Both the position numbers and the translations under genes were made by a program. A stretch of DNA of 64,000 nt, taken from contig RQSC01000520.1 in assembly GCA_013416795.1 (NCBI GenBank), positions 12,046 through 76,045 of the forward strand, written 5' to 3'. The DNA is from Prasinococcaceae sp. CCMP 1430 (taxonomy: Eukaryota; Plantae; Prasinodermophyta). Shown here piece by piece: positions 1-11,794 of the stretch. Within the stretch, counting starts at the first letter, position 1. Each line of letters opens with the position of its first letter. Under the pieces are notes generated by a model, which was given only the letters and a program-made list of their open reading frames with translations, made no database searches and was not told where the DNA came from.

Positions 1-669
1 GCGCCCCCGGGCCGCGGTCGCGCACGCGGGCGGGGGCGAGGAGGCCGCGAGGCTGCGCCCTTGCCCTTTGCGAGCAAACCAAGGCGATATCCTAGCAAAT
101 ATCTGCGGAATTTTCGCGAGCGAAACGGTTATTTTCGCGCGCGCGACGCAGCCGGCCGCGCACGGGGGGGGGGGGCGCCGTGACGCGCGCGCGCAGCGAT
201 GGGGATCCGCGGCGCCCACGCGTCTCGAATACATTATCATCTGGCCCGCAGCGGCGTCATGGGAGAGGAGGCGCGCGCAGGGTGCCCTCGCCGCGCTCTT
301 TCCCCCCGCGGGGTTTTTGTCGTCGCGCGCGCCCCCCAAAAAACGGTGCTGTGGGCGTTTCGTGAAAAATCCGCCGACGCCGCGGCTGCTCCGACGCCCT
401 CTGCGCGAAACCTCTCTACCCCCGGTGGAGACAGCGCGCAGACCGCGCCTGCCGGCCTCCCTGAGACGGCACGGCACACCCGCGCCAAAACCTGAGCCCC
501 AGCCTGTGCGCCTGCGCGTGCGCAGCTCGAGCTCACAAAGGCGCCACGCGCGCCCTCGGACTTGGTGCGGTCATGCGCTGACGTCGACGCGTGCTTTCCC
601 CTCCTGCCCCGGCGTGGATTGCGCGCGCCTCGTCGCCGGTGCTTGGCCTGCCCTGCCCGCGCGTTGCAG

Positions 670-1326
670 TACAACTGGCAGCAACAGCAGCAGCAGCAGC
701 AGGCGACGCATCAGCCGCCGAACGAGAAGATGGCGCAGCTCCACCAGTTTTGGCAGGAGCAGATGCGGGCGATCGAGCAGGTGACCGACTTCAAGTCGCA
801 CTCGCTGCCGCTCGCACGCATCAAGAAGATCATGAAGTCTGACGAGGACGTGCGCATGATCTCCTCGGAGGCGCCAGCGCTCTTTGCTAAGGCGTGCGAG
901 ATGTTCATCCTGGAGCTCACGCTGCGGTCCTGGAACAACGCCGAGGACAACAAGCGGCGCACACTGCAAAAGGACGACATTGCGGCCGCGCTCAACACCG
1001 TGGAGGTGTTTGACTTCCTCGTGGACGTGGTGCCACAGGCGAACGACGTGGCGCAGGCGGCGGCAGCGGCGGCCCCTGGGGGTGGGGCGGCACCGGTGGA
1101 TAACAGCGGGGCGGGCGGGGCTGGCATGCCGGCTACCACCATGCCGCCCGCCAGCGTGGTGGGGCGCGGGGATGCCATGGGCGCTGGGCAGCAGTTCCCG
1201 ATGCCTGGCTACGGAGGAATGATGGCGCAGCCGCCCATGCAAACGATGGACCCTGCCATGATGGCGCAGTTCCACTCCGCGGGCATGGCGCCTGGCATGC
1301 CAGGGCCGGGCGCGCCGGGGCCGTGA
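670..1326 (+). CDS. NF-YC: Nuclear factor Y subunit C (histone-fold); 5' exon/start unresolved (in-frame ATG at 730)
   Basis: [49 protein letters not shown]...[12 protein letters not shown] is the NF-YC core. Acceptor TTGCAG ends at 669, followed by a poly-Q tract; stop TGA 1324-1326. Confidence 0.93.
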   Translation, partial: YNWQQQQQQQQATHQPPNEKMAQLHQFWQEQMRAIEQVTDFKSHSLPLARIKKIMKSDEDVRMISSEAPALFAKACEMFILELTLRSWNNAEDNKRRTLQKDDIAAALNTVEVFDFLVDVVPQANDVAQAAAAAAPGGGAAPVDNSGAGGAGMPATTMPPASVVGRGDAMGAGQQFPMPGYGGMMAQPPMQTMDPAMMAQFHSAGMAPGMPGPGAPGP

Positions 1327-1598
1327 GCTGAGCCGCTCGTGTCGCGGCGTGGCCTTTCTTCCAGGCGTGGAGGCTTGAGAGTGCATGCTCCTCTAGCTAA
1401 GCAAGCCTTTCGAGACTGCGGCGATGAGGGTCTGGGGTCTTCCTTCACAAACGCGCGAGCGCGACCTGAATGGACACGCGTCAGCGCCACGGCGCACCAG
1501 CGGCCACACGTTGAAAAAAAAAAACTCCATAGGATATTATCACCGTCGCCGCGAAACCTCGCCTGAATCACGCCACGGCGCGCGAGCCGCGCGCACGT

Positions 1599-2129
1599 TC
1601 ATGCCGAGCGCTCGCCGCCGCCGCCGCCCTGGACACCCTTGTGCGCGTTGTACCGACGCTCGACCTCCTCTGCCAGGGCCGCGCCTGTGGGCGTGCGCCA
1701 CTTGCCACGCGTCGAGTTGAAGAAGCCGCTGAGGTCCATCCCCTGCGCCTGCTCGTACTCATTGGCCTGCACAATCATCTCGAGCTTGTCGAAGTCCTTG
1801 ACGAGGTTGGCCTCCTTCGTCTCGCCAGCCTCGTATTCATTCCACAGTGCCGCCACCTCGGCGGCCGCCGCGCCGCCACCTAGCATCTCTTTGATGCTCT
1901 CGAGCGCCTCGGCCTCGCGCCTGTGCTTCTCCTCGTCCGAGACGCCGCAGTGCGGCGTGATGTCACCCACGAGCGCTTCGGCCATGTCGTGCACGAGCGC
2001 CATCTTGATGCAGCGCGACGCGTCGGTGCCCTCGGCCCCAGCGAGCACGAGCGCAAGCGACGCCATGCGGAAGGAGTGGTCCGCGACTGACTCGGGCTCA
2101 GAGACCCCGCTGCGCACCCATCCGGTGCG
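1599..2129 (-). CDS. HD-domain 5'-deoxynucleotidase (HDDC2/YfbR-like); first exon upstream not resolved
   Basis: RTGWVRSGVSEPESVADHSFRM...ALVHDMAEALVGDITP...VKDFDKLEMIVQANEYE: H, HD and D metal ligands present. Acceptor CTTCGCAG immediately precedes RTGWV. Confidence 0.88.
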   Translation of the reverse strand, partial: RTGWVRSGVSEPESVADHSFRMASLALVLAGAEGTDASRCIKMALVHDMAEALVGDITPHCGVSDEEKHRREAEALESIKEMLGGGAAAAEVAALWNEYEAGETKEANLVKDFDKLEMIVQANEYEQAQGMDLSGFFNSTRGKWRTPTGAALAEEVERRYNAHKGVQGGGGGERSA

Positions 2130-2508
2130 CTGCGAAGCGAGTGCGTGCAGGAGCGCCGGCGCGGGCGACCGCCTCTCGAGTCAGCGGCAGGCGCGGGCGC
2201 GCGTCTGCACGCTCGGGCGCGCGCACGCGCGCGGCTGCCGGGCGTCCCACACACGCGCGCCCACGCCGCCGCGCTCGCTGCCCTCGGATGCCTGCGCGCC
2301 GCGGCGGCGCGCCCGCGCCAGGTGTGCGCGCACGGGCATCGGTGTGGCGGCGGCCGCCCGCTGTGCGCGCCAGGTAGTCGGGCACTGCACCCGGGTGTGA
2401 CCGCGGCGATTCCGCTGGTACAACCCGGTCAATCCCACCGAAACCTCGGGTCGATTCGATGTGGGACGCCCGTGAGATTGGGGTTCCCGCGCGGTGGGGC
2501 GCGCCAGT

Positions 2509-3555
2509 GATGAGCGCTGCGCTGAGCGGAGCGAGTGCGAGCGCCGCGAGCGAGTGGCGGATTTCGGGCTCCGGAAAACGGCGCCTCGCCTCCATATGGA
2601 TATCGTTTCGCAAGCGCCGGCGTGGGGCGGTGGCGCGGTTTTGTGCGCATTCGCTTCCGCGGCTCCTGTTTTGCGGCTGCGAACGAGCGGCGGCGGGCGC
2701 GCCAGGGGCGCGGCGCGGTGCCACACGCGGCGTGCGACGGCGGCGCGGCGCACGGCCGGGGCGCGCTGCGTGCACCGGCGCCGCGCCGCTCGACCTCGAG
2801 ACTGCGCTCGCGGTGTTCGACGCGCGAGAGGGAAAGAAGGTGTGGTTCACCGCCGAGAAGGGCGGCTCTACCTCCGTCGTGGAGCAGCCAGGCTGGAGGC
2901 CGCTCGCAGACTACATGGCGCTGCCCGTGAGCCAGTACTCGGTGCTCGACGGTGCGACCATTGACCGCCTGTCGGAGGATACCTTCGAGCTCTCCATGGA
3001 GGCTCTCGAGTTCTTCAAGTTTAAGCTCAAGCCTATCCTCACCGCGCAGGTGGTCACCAACGCCAAGGGGTGCTCCATACAGGTTCTCGACGTCACGCTA
3101 CAGGGGCCGAAGCTCATTGAGGCTGCCAACGGCACCTTCTTCATTGACAGCAGCAACGAGGTGAGCTGGCGACAGGCGGAGACGGGCAAGGAGATCACGT
3201 CGCAGGCGCACGTGCGCGTGGGCGTGGTGGTGCCGCGCTGGAACGTGCTGCCTCTGGGCCTGATCACGCGCACGGGCTCGGCGCTTATGGCGGCAACGCT
3301 CAACGTGGTAGTGCCGCGCTTTCTCAAGCAGCTCGCGAAGGACTACGAGGTGCGCTGCGCACGCGAGTCGCCCGCCCTGCCGGCGACCAGCACGCACCTG
3401 TCGCTTGCGCACGCACCTGTCGCTCGTGCTCGTCGGCGCTGACACGAGCGCCCGCGCGCGCGCGCGCGCAGGCATGGGGTGCCGGCGACGACTCCCGAGC
3501 AGCACAGTCAACGGGTGAGGGCGTGTCCGACGAGCCCATCACAGTCAAGAACTAA
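2509..3555 (+). CDS. DUF1997 family protein, probably plastid-targeted; intron 3350-3471
   Basis: LADYMALPVSQYSVLD...PRFLKQLAKDYE spliced to AWGAGDDSR...KN* (exon 3472-3555, frame checked). N-terminus is Ala/Arg/Ser-rich; start approximate. Confidence 0.8.
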
Positions 3556-4223
3556 GCATCTCTCTCGCAAGCAAGGCGCGCGCGCGCGCGCCTCTTGTGC
3601 TCGGTGTGTGTTGCTACCACTTCTCACATCACCGCAGCGCCGTCGTCGCACGCGCACCGTTCCGCCTGTGCCGACACCGGTGGCTGCACCATTGTTCAGC
3701 TCGCGGCGTGATGCGAGCATGCGCCGCTCGCGGCGCGCTCGTGCAGGTGTAAATATGTACTTTTGCACACTGCGCAAGGGCGGCTCAGTCGCATGCTCGT
3801 CCCGCAGCGTCAGGCGCCTTGTCACCTCTCGACTCAGTTTCTGCCACAAGATATTACAGTCACAATTGGATACATGTCGGGTCGCGCTATCCGAAGAATG
3901 AATTGGAATTGCATGCAGTATAGAGGTGTCCGTGTGCGTCCCGCATATCTCAGCTGGACGGGAGCACCGGCAAACGCCTGGGGCGCGTGCGCGCTAGCGC
4001 AAATCACGCTTGTTGGAGGCCCTGGCCTCCGCCCAGGGTCGCCGCATATGGACGAGGAAAAGGAACCCGACGAGGGAACGAGGCCGCGCGCGCGCGCGCG
4101 CGCACGGCCGACGCCTGCCGCCGCCGCCGCCGCTCGCCGCCACCTCCGGTCGCCAAAGCCAAGTAGAATACACTCCGCGCGGTCCCCGCTGCCGCACGGT
4201 AAATCCCACGTGCACTTGCACGT

Positions 4224-6097
4224 CTAGTGTTTGTAGGCCTTCGCCGCCAACCCTGTATCCCACATGGCCTGCAGCACCTCCTTGTTCGCGGCCACGAAAC
4301 CGATGTCGTGGTATTGCACACCGTGGCGGCGCGCGAATTTCTCCACCAGTGGCTTGACCATGCGCAGGTTGTGGCGCGGCAGCCGCGGGAAGAGGTGGTG
4401 CTCGATCTGGAACTGGAGCCCGCCGTGGACCCAGTCCATCCACGTGGGACAGGTGATGTTGAGAGTCCCCGAGAGCTGGTGCTCGAACCAGCCCGAGAAG
4501 TGCGTCGGCTTGCCACTGAAGATGGGGCGGCTCCAGTGCGAGAGCGCGATCTGGTCGTGCAGCAGTGCGCAGCACGCCGTGGCCACCAGCACGTACGTGG
4601 CGCGCAGGCCCGCAGTTGGCAGGAGCGACACCACGCCGGCATACCACGACACGAAGAGGGCAATGCCAAGCCACTCAGTGAATTCCTGGTAGCGCGTCAT
4701 GCTCTTGCGTTCCTTGATGAGGCGGACGAGCCCCTGCGCGTACAAGTTAAAGCGCGCGATGCACATGACCGGGTAGTACGTGAAGAATTGCGCCATGACC
4801 GCAAGCCTGGCGAAGCGGTCCAGGGCGAAAGTGCGGTTGTGGTACTGTGATGGGGAGCGCTTGTCAGCGCTGGCCCGCATGTGCGAACACGCCAGGGCAT
4901 GCGAACGCAGAGGCGAGCGCAAACGCCCGCGGGGCTGCGAAGCGCGGGCACACACCTTGGAGAAGACATTGAAGATCTTCTCGCTGACGCACAGGAGCGG
5001 CAGGTGCTGGATGTCAGGGTCATGAGTCGCCGAGTTGCATACCACATGGTGCACGTTGTGCGTCGACTTCCACCACCCTATGGAGACGCCTGTGAGGATG
5101 TTGCCTACCAGGATGCCAAGATGGTAGTTCGACTTGGAACGGATGCCGCGCACCGAGTTGTGACCGACGTCGTGGCCCACAAACGCCACCTGCTGCCAGA
5201 AAGCGCCCAGCAGGGCGCCAGCGCCCACGACCGCCATCGTGCTGGCCGTTTCCGCGTTTCTGTTCCTGCACACCAGCGCGATGCTCGCGACGAGGATCGC
5301 AGCGCACTTTGCAAGCTCCAGCACGTAGAACGATGCGCGCGTCTTGAACATCGAGGTAGCCTCCGTCTCTGCCACCAGCGCGCGCCATTCCTTTGCCACT
5401 GCCGGGAGCTGCTCGTTGTAGCCTGTGGCGAGCACACGTGCGCCCGAGCGTCCGGTCGCGCACCAGACGCACACGTTGCACCAGATTTGGCATCAAGGCA
5501 TCGTGTGGAAGGCGACGGTGTCAGCACAAGAGAGCAAGAGAGATTCTGCAGCTGCGCGTGCGTGCGCTCGGTGCATTGCAGCAAGCGCAGCTTTGCTCGC
5601 GCGTGCTCCGGCTCACCCTTGACGTGTGCGATTTTGAAGCGCTCGAGGCGCGGCCGCAGCACCGGCGGGTGCATGGCGACGAATGCCTCCGACGCGTCCA
5701 CTCCCGCGAGAGCCAGGATCGCGCGATCGCCGCCGGGGTGCGAGTTAAGGAACTCAGTCACGTCGTAAACCTGGGAGAGGCGCACGCGAGCGCGAGCGAG
5801 TCAGCGCCCGCACACACTCGTCGGCAACGCCGAGCGCTCGCGCAAATTCAACGCGGGCTCGAATGCGAGCGTGCCCCGTGCACGCATTTCCCCCATCGCG
5901 CGCTCCTTCGCACTGACGGACTCACGCGCGCGCTCGCGCCATCACGCGTTCCCGCCCACCTTGCCATCGACGACCGTCCAGCAGCTCTCGACGCTTGCGT
6001 GTTTGGCGACCTCCGCCATGGTCACCTCCTTTTGATTGACCGGTAGCGCATCGACGGCTGCACCCACCAACAGGTTGACCTGCTCGGGCGCGCACAT
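4224..6097 (-). CDS. Cytochrome b5-fused front-end desaturase, Delta8-sphingolipid (SLD)/Delta6 type; exons 6097-5960, 5770-5617, 5422-4956, 4844-4224
   Basis: b5 domain CWTVVDGK|[14 protein letters not shown]; His boxes HDVGH, HNVHH, QIEHH; [15 protein letters not shown] resembles plant SLD. Splice phases join cleanly. Confidence 0.9.
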
Positions 6098-6778
6098 CGC
6101 GGCACCCCGCGTGCCGTGCGCGGGCAGACGGCGGGGTCGAGTGGCGTGAGTTGCTTCTCTCACCGCCTTTTCTGGCGGGGGACGCGCGCGATCGACGCCC
6201 TGCGGGGGCCCGCGCTGTGTGGCGCGGGCGCCGCGCAGCCGCCGTGCGCCTCGAGGCCGCCCCGCTCGAATCGGCCGCGGCGCGCGCGGCGCGGCGCGCG
6301 GTCGGGGAACGCGCCCCATCAAAACCCATTCAGAGCCTCGCGCAAAAGCCAGCAGCCCCACAGCCGCCCGTTCGTTCTCCTTCCGCAGCTGCACCGGCTG
6401 AGATTCCAGCTCAGGAAAAGATCAGGCGCCGGCCATCACCATCACCATCGCAAAGATGCTGTGTCACATCCCCGTTGTCCACACGGCGCCCGAACGGACG
6501 CCGCCGCGCACGTGCGTGGAGCGCTGGGATGGCGCCGTTGAGGCGCGCACACACGTGGATGGCCGCCACGGAACGCACACGCCCTGCCGCCGGGAGCCGC
6601 GGGAGCGCGGAATCCGATCCAAAACCGGTCTGCGTCATCGCGCGTGCGAGGAACCTTCCGGAAGCGTGGCGACGGACACTCGATCCGCTGCCTGCCGATG
6701 CATCCCTGCTGGACTCGATCGATCCAGGTCGATGAACTTCTTATCCCCGGTCAATCGCGACCTCCCAATGCTGCTTGA

Positions 6779-8644
6779 ATGCACGCACGGCAGACATCAT
6801 CGGGTTCGCGACGGCTAGACCGGGTTCGCTGTCCACGAGGGGGGAACGCTGAGAGTCCGTCGCCACCTGGCGCCGCCGCTGTGCGTGGCGCAGGGGGCGC
6901 CGCGCGGGCTGGGCCACACCGCGCGGCGGCGGCGCACTACGCCGGTGGCGGGCTCGTCGCCGGCGCGGGCGGGCGCATCGCCGACGCGAGCGGCCGCCTG
7001 CGGCTCTTCCGTGGCTTCAACGTCGTGGCGAAGCTACCGCCCTTTCTCCCCCGACGCGACGCGTTCGATCCCGCCTTCAGCCTGGTGGCCGAAGACATCG
7101 CCACGCTCGAATCGCTGGGGTCGAACGCGGTGCGCCTGCTCGTGTCGTGGCCTGGCGTCGAGCCGGCCCGGGGAAGCTACAATGACACCTACCTCGACGA
7201 GCTCGAGGCAATCGTGAACGACCTCGGCGCGGCGGGCGTGCACACGCTCTTGGACTTCCACCAAGATGTCTACAGCCCTTTTTTCTGTGGCAACGGATTT
7301 CCTGACTGGGCCACGCATGTGGCGGGCTACAAGCCCCTCCCCAACGCCTCAGAGGACCAATACGGAGCCGCTCCATTCCCCAAACCCGTGCGCGGCCAGG
7401 CGCTGCCCCGCGACGCTCACACGGGCTACGTGCCGCATAAGGCCTGCGCGGCGACGGCGCCCTTCCCCGAGTACTACCTCGCGGAGGCAACGGGCGTAGC
7501 CTTTCAGGCGCTGTACGACAACGTCGGGGGCATCCGCGCCTCGCTGGGCGCCTTCTGGGCGCGCGTCGCCGCGCGCTTCGCGGGCAACCCGCATGTGCTC
7601 GGCTACGACCTCATCAATGAGCCATGGAGCGGCGACATCTACCGAAAGCCGGTGAAGCTTGAAGGCTCAAAGGTGGACCGCGAGGTTCTGCTGCCCCTGT
7701 ACGACGAGCTCTCGGCCGCCATCCGCGCGCACGACAATGACAGCCTCATCTTCTTCGAGCCGGCCGTCATCACATCGGCGATACCCCTGCGGCGCCTCGC
7801 CGAGGAAGTGGGCTTCGACAGACCGCCGAAGAGCAGCGAGGGCAAGGCGGTGCTGAGCTACCACACGTACTGCCCGCTGGGGGGCATCGTCGGGGAGATT
7901 GCGGGGGAGATGGTGTGCAGTGAGTTCTTCGACAATGTTTTTGGCAACCACCTGCCGACAGCGATGGAGACGGCGGGTGTGCCCGCCTTCCTGACAGAGT
8001 TTGGCGCCGTGGTCACCGGCGAGGGGTTCGATGCGTGGACGTTGAATGAGGTCGCGCGCAGGGCGGATGATCTCTTCCTTTCGGCGACCTACTGGGCCTT
8101 TAAGGAGCTCGGAGACCCTACAACGCAGTCGGAGGACAAGCAGGGTGTGCCTCACGAGGGCATTTGGAACACCACCACGGGCGAGCTCGACGCTGGCAAA
8201 GCCACGCTGCTCGCACGCACGTACGCGGCGGCGGTCGCCGGCAAGGACATCACGCTGCACACCTACGATCCGCAGACGAAGGAGTTTGCGCTCGTATACA
8301 CGCATACGAAAGAGCTCGCTACAGAGGCCACGCCGACTGAGATTCGGTGGTCGACTTACGTGTGCCCGGACGGCGTGAGTGCCCACGCGGTGCCAAGCGC
8401 CGCGACGCGCGTGGATGCCAAGAGCATACCTGGCACGGTGCTGGTGTGGCTCAACGCTTCCGAGGACACTCAAGTGATGGTAACCGTCCGAAGGCGCGAA
8501 GGCGGCGAGCGTGGGCGCGCTCCGGGGGTCGCGGACAGGCGAGGTGGTGCCTCCGCAGCGGACGGTGGTCGCCGCTTGGACCCGCCGTGGTCCGCTCTCG
8601 ACCGTCCCGGCTCCTCGGGAGTGCGCGATCTCGCTGCGGTGTAG
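6779..8644 (+). CDS. Glycoside hydrolase family 5, endoglycoceramidase-like
   Basis: LFRGFNVV; NAVRLLVSWPGVEP; LLDFHQDVYS..FCGNGFPDWA; acid/base motif GYDLINEPW; nucleophile motif FLTEFG. Start uncertain. Confidence 0.87.
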   Translation: MHARQTSSGSRRLDRVRCPRGGNAESPSPPGAAAVRGAGGAARAGPHRAAAAHYAGGGLVAGAGGRIADASGRLRLFRGFNVVAKLPPFLPRRDAFDPAFSLVAEDIATLESLGSNAVRLLVSWPGVEPARGSYNDTYLDELEAIVNDLGAAGVHTLLDFHQDVYSPFFCGNGFPDWATHVAGYKPLPNASEDQYGAAPFPKPVRGQALPRDAHTGYVPHKACAATAPFPEYYLAEATGVAFQALYDNVGGIRASLGAFWARVAARFAGNPHVLGYDLINEPWSGDIYRKPVKLEGSKVDREVLLPLYDELSAAIRAHDNDSLIFFEPAVITSAIPLRRLAEEVGFDRPPKSSEGKAVLSYHTYCPLGGIVGEIAGEMVCSEFFDNVFGNHLPTAMETAGVPAFLTEFGAVVTGEGFDAWTLNEVARRADDLFLSATYWAFKELGDPTTQSEDKQGVPHEGIWNTTTGELDAGKATLLARTYAAAVAGKDITLHTYDPQTKEFALVYTHTKELATEATPTEIRWSTYVCPDGVSAHAVPSAATRVDAKSIPGTVLVWLNASEDTQVMVTVRRREGGERGRAPGVADRRGGASAADGGRRLDPPWSALDRPGSSGVRDLAAV

Positions 8645-8914
8645 ACCAGTACATTGTAAACTAACTATGTAGCCAGAGAGCGGACGCTGTGGTGGGCGCG
8701 CGCGCGCGGTGGCCCCAGCTCCACATACACGAGCGCACCACTGCCACCCCCGACGCGTGCGAGCGCACCACCCCACCGCCCCACGCGCAGCGCGAGTGCA
8801 CTTCGCATTGATCTAATTAACAGTATTACGTGTTGCGTGCAGGATAGACTTGCATGCTGTACCTGGGCATATACAGGACCCGGCGTGCCCCGCGTCGGGC
8901 CCGTGTCGGCGTCC

Positions 8915-10110
8915 TCACAGCGTGCGCACGCGACGCAGGCGCGGCGGCGGAGGACGAGCAGAAGGATCGACGCCCTTGCGCAAGCGCTCAATCTCCTCCT
9001 TGAGCACGTCGATCTGCTGCTCGAGCTCCGCTGTGTACGTCTGGCGGCGCTGCCGAGAGCGCGCAGCGCTCTCGCGATTCGCCACCATGCGCTTGAATTT
9101 GCGCGCCGCGTTGGGGTCGTCGGGCTCCTTCTCCGGCAGCCGCCGTTTACGACCGCGGCCGGGCCCGGGCCCGAGGAGGTCGCCCTCGACCTCCTTCTTG
9201 CCGCGTTTCATCTTGCGCGGCTTGCTCGTGCTGCCGCCGCGGCTCTGCGACCCGTTGCCTCCCTTGCTGGTTCGGCTGCGGGTGTTACCGGTGCCCTGCG
9301 ATCCCGTCGCCGTGCTCGTCGGCGAGGTCGCGCGCGCCTTCGCGCTGGCGCCCGATTTGCTTCCAGAGAGCCGCCCCGACCCGCCTGCGGCTCGCTCGAG
9401 CTTCGGCGGTGCGCCCTTTTTTGTCACCGGCGCCCCGCCGGGCAAGTCCTCGTCGTGCGTGACGCCGGCACGCGTCAGGAAGTCCTCGAGCGTCAGCGAG
9501 GGCTGGACTTTTGCCGCGTTGCTCACCTGGCGGCGCTTGAGAGGGCTGGCAGGGTTCGCCTTGGCTTGTATCTCGTTCCAAACGTCCTCGACGGTTCGGT
9601 CGCGCATCTCCTCCGGCACCGTCGTGTGTGTCGCCGCAACCGCCCCCGGAGCCAGCGCTGCAGAGCTCCCCGCGGCAGGAGCGGCGGCCACCACGGCGGC
9701 AGCGGATGCGGCCACTCCCTTCTTCGCACCCGCGAAGAAGGAATGGTCCGCGCCGCCGCCTGCACCGCCCGCGAGCGCATCCCCGGCGCCGGCTTCGCCC
9801 GAGTTGAACAGGTTGTTCACGAGCTCCTGCACCAGCGCGTGGCGGAGCGCGCATGCGCGCACCAGAGAGAGAGCGCGCGTGCCAGGCGTCAGCGGTTGCA
9901 GCGCGCGCGCGCGCATCCGCGCGCGAGGCGGTGGGGACCACTCGGCCCTCTCTCGCGCTCGAGCCCCGGCGCGCGCACCTGCATGTTGAGCGAGCCGAAC
10001 TGGGCGGGCTCGAGGCCGCACGCCTCGGTAAACTCGGTCGAGCCCATGGGCAGGCCCAGCAAGTCATCCTTGTTTTCCCCGAGCGACGGCCACCGCTGCA
10101 GCGCCGGCAT
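8915..10110 (-). CDS. Group-A (ABI5/AREB/ABF-like) bZIP transcription factor; intron 9978-9827
   Basis: Spliced FGSLNMQ|ELVNNLF (C1), RTVEDVWNEI (C2), LTLEDFLTRAGV (C3), basic region KRMVANRESAARSRQRRQTYTAELE, C-terminal LRRVRTL*. Confidence 0.88.
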
Positions 10111-11578
10111 GTCCCCCCCCGCGGCCGCGGCGCCGCCGGACGACGTGCCCAAGGAGTGGATGAGGGAGGCGCGGGAGCTGCGGCTGTCGCAGCAGCTCTC
10201 GCGGCTGCGCAGCTCGCTCGGCGGCGGCGCGGGCACGTTCAGCGGAGCCGGCGGGGGGGCGCTGGGGGGCGACAGGATGCTCGCGACGAGCATCCCGCCG
10301 CCCTCGCGACGCGAGGGCGTGGAGTCCGTGCGGCTGACCCTCACGGCGCCCGAGGCGCGCCTCATCATGCGGCGGCGGCGGTGCGCGCTGCCCGGCGTGG
10401 AGGGCGCGCGCTGGCGGCTCGGGTACAACCTCCAGGCGCTGGGCACGGGCGCGGTGGGGCTGCTGGTGCTCGCTGCGCAGTGTCACGTGCTCGGCAAGCT
10501 GCGGATGCACCGGCGACGCGGCGCGCAGGCGCTCGCTGTCCTGCCGCTGCTGCCCGTGCCCGACGACATGCGCTTCCCGCTGTGCAGCGCGGTCGAGTAC
10601 TTCACGCCGCCGATGGTGCTGCTCACGCTGAGCCTGCCGCTGCGCCCGCTGCTGAGCGACCTCGCTGCGAGGATGGTCCCAGGCATGGCCAAGCGCGCGG
10701 CGAGCGACTACGTCGAGGAGCGCGCGGGATACGTCCAGAAGCACGTCGCCTTGAGGCGCGCAGAGATGGAGCGCGCCGCTGAGGAGGCCGCCGCGGCGCT
10801 CGGCGCGCAGCTGCCGCGCGCCGAGGAGGTCTTCGCGCGACTCGAGCAGATGCGCGGCAGTATGAGCGCAGACGCCGAGGAGTTCCACCGCTCGGTGGTC
10901 GCCGCCGCCGAGAGGGCGCGCGAGTCGATGCAAGCGGCCGCAGACGATCTCGCCGCGCGCGCAGACGCGTTTTTCTCGGCAGGGCGCGGCGACGGCGGCG
11001 GCGGCAGCGACGACGACCGCTTCTCCGACGCAGAGGTTCTGAGCGGCCCGCCCACGCCCGACTCGCCCGGGCGTGCGCCGAGCGCGCCGCGCCACAGGCG
11101 CGAAGCGTCTTTCACACCCACGCGCGGCCTCGCCGAGCTCCTGGATGGGTACAACTCGGAGGAAGAGGGGCTCGCCCTGGGTGACACGCACGCGCACGTG
11201 GGCACGAGCGATGGCGAGGAGGGCGCGCGCGCGGAGCGCGAGTACTTCGAGGCACGCGCGCACGCGCACGCTCAAGAGCAAGAGCATGCGCACGACGAGC
11301 AAGAGAGGGGGCCGGAAACGTTCGAGGACGCGCCCCTGTTCCTGTCGCCGCTCAAGCGGACTGAGGGCAGCGCGCAGACGTCGCGGCACGGCGTTGGCGG
11401 GGACGCTAACGGCGGCATTGCACGGCACGGCGAGGGTGAGGGCGGGAGCGAGGGCGAGGACACCGACGGGTTTGATACGGGGCGGACGGATCTAGAGACT
11501 CCAGACGTTCTGACGCCGTTGTCCATGTCGCCGCCGTCCGTGTCGCGCAGAGACCGAGCTTTCTCCGTCGGACTCTGA
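10109..11578 (+). CDS. Hypothetical protein: hydrophobic middle, Ala/Glu coiled coil, acidic tail (start 10109 or 10160)
   Basis: 3' half of ORF 8837-11578 has protein-like composition (EEAAAALG, FEDAPLF, DGYNSEEEG). The 5' half is only antisense to the bZIP. No family recognised. Confidence 0.55.
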   Translation: MSPPAAAAPPDDVPKEWMREARELRLSQQLSRLRSSLGGGAGTFSGAGGGALGGDRMLATSIPPPSRREGVESVRLTLTAPEARLIMRRRRCALPGVEGARWRLGYNLQALGTGAVGLLVLAAQCHVLGKLRMHRRRGAQALAVLPLLPVPDDMRFPLCSAVEYFTPPMVLLTLSLPLRPLLSDLAARMVPGMAKRAASDYVEERAGYVQKHVALRRAEMERAAEEAAAALGAQLPRAEEVFARLEQMRGSMSADAEEFHRSVVAAAERARESMQAAADDLAARADAFFSAGRGDGGGGSDDDRFSDAEVLSGPPTPDSPGRAPSAPRHRREASFTPTRGLAELLDGYNSEEEGLALGDTHAHVGTSDGEEGARAEREYFEARAHAHAQEQEHAHDEQERGPETFEDAPLFLSPLKRTEGSAQTSRHGVGGDANGGIARHGEGEGGSEGEDTDGFDTGRTDLETPDVLTPLSMSPPSVSRRDRAFSVGL

Positions 11579-11794
11579 GGATTCGACGTGCCCCGAGCGG
11601 AGGGCTACGAGCGTAGCGGCCCGCGCAGTCACGCACATGGCGTGGCGAGAGAGTCCTGCGCGCGCACGCGCACGCATGGCCCAGCCGCACGCACACGGCC
11701 GGCACTGGCACCACCGAATAGACACCTAATAAAATTACAGATGCGTGGGATCTTGACGGCACGTCTCGCGATGCGGTCGCTTGCTGCGACGTCC

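Noticed and set aside
8837-10108. 5' half of the 913-aa plus-strand ORF, and other long ORFs such as 43552-45111, 48630-50768 and 29249-30568
   Set aside because: Antisense or off-frame shadows of real genes, or Arg/Ala/Pro-rich read-through of GC-rich non-coding DNA; no domain motifs.
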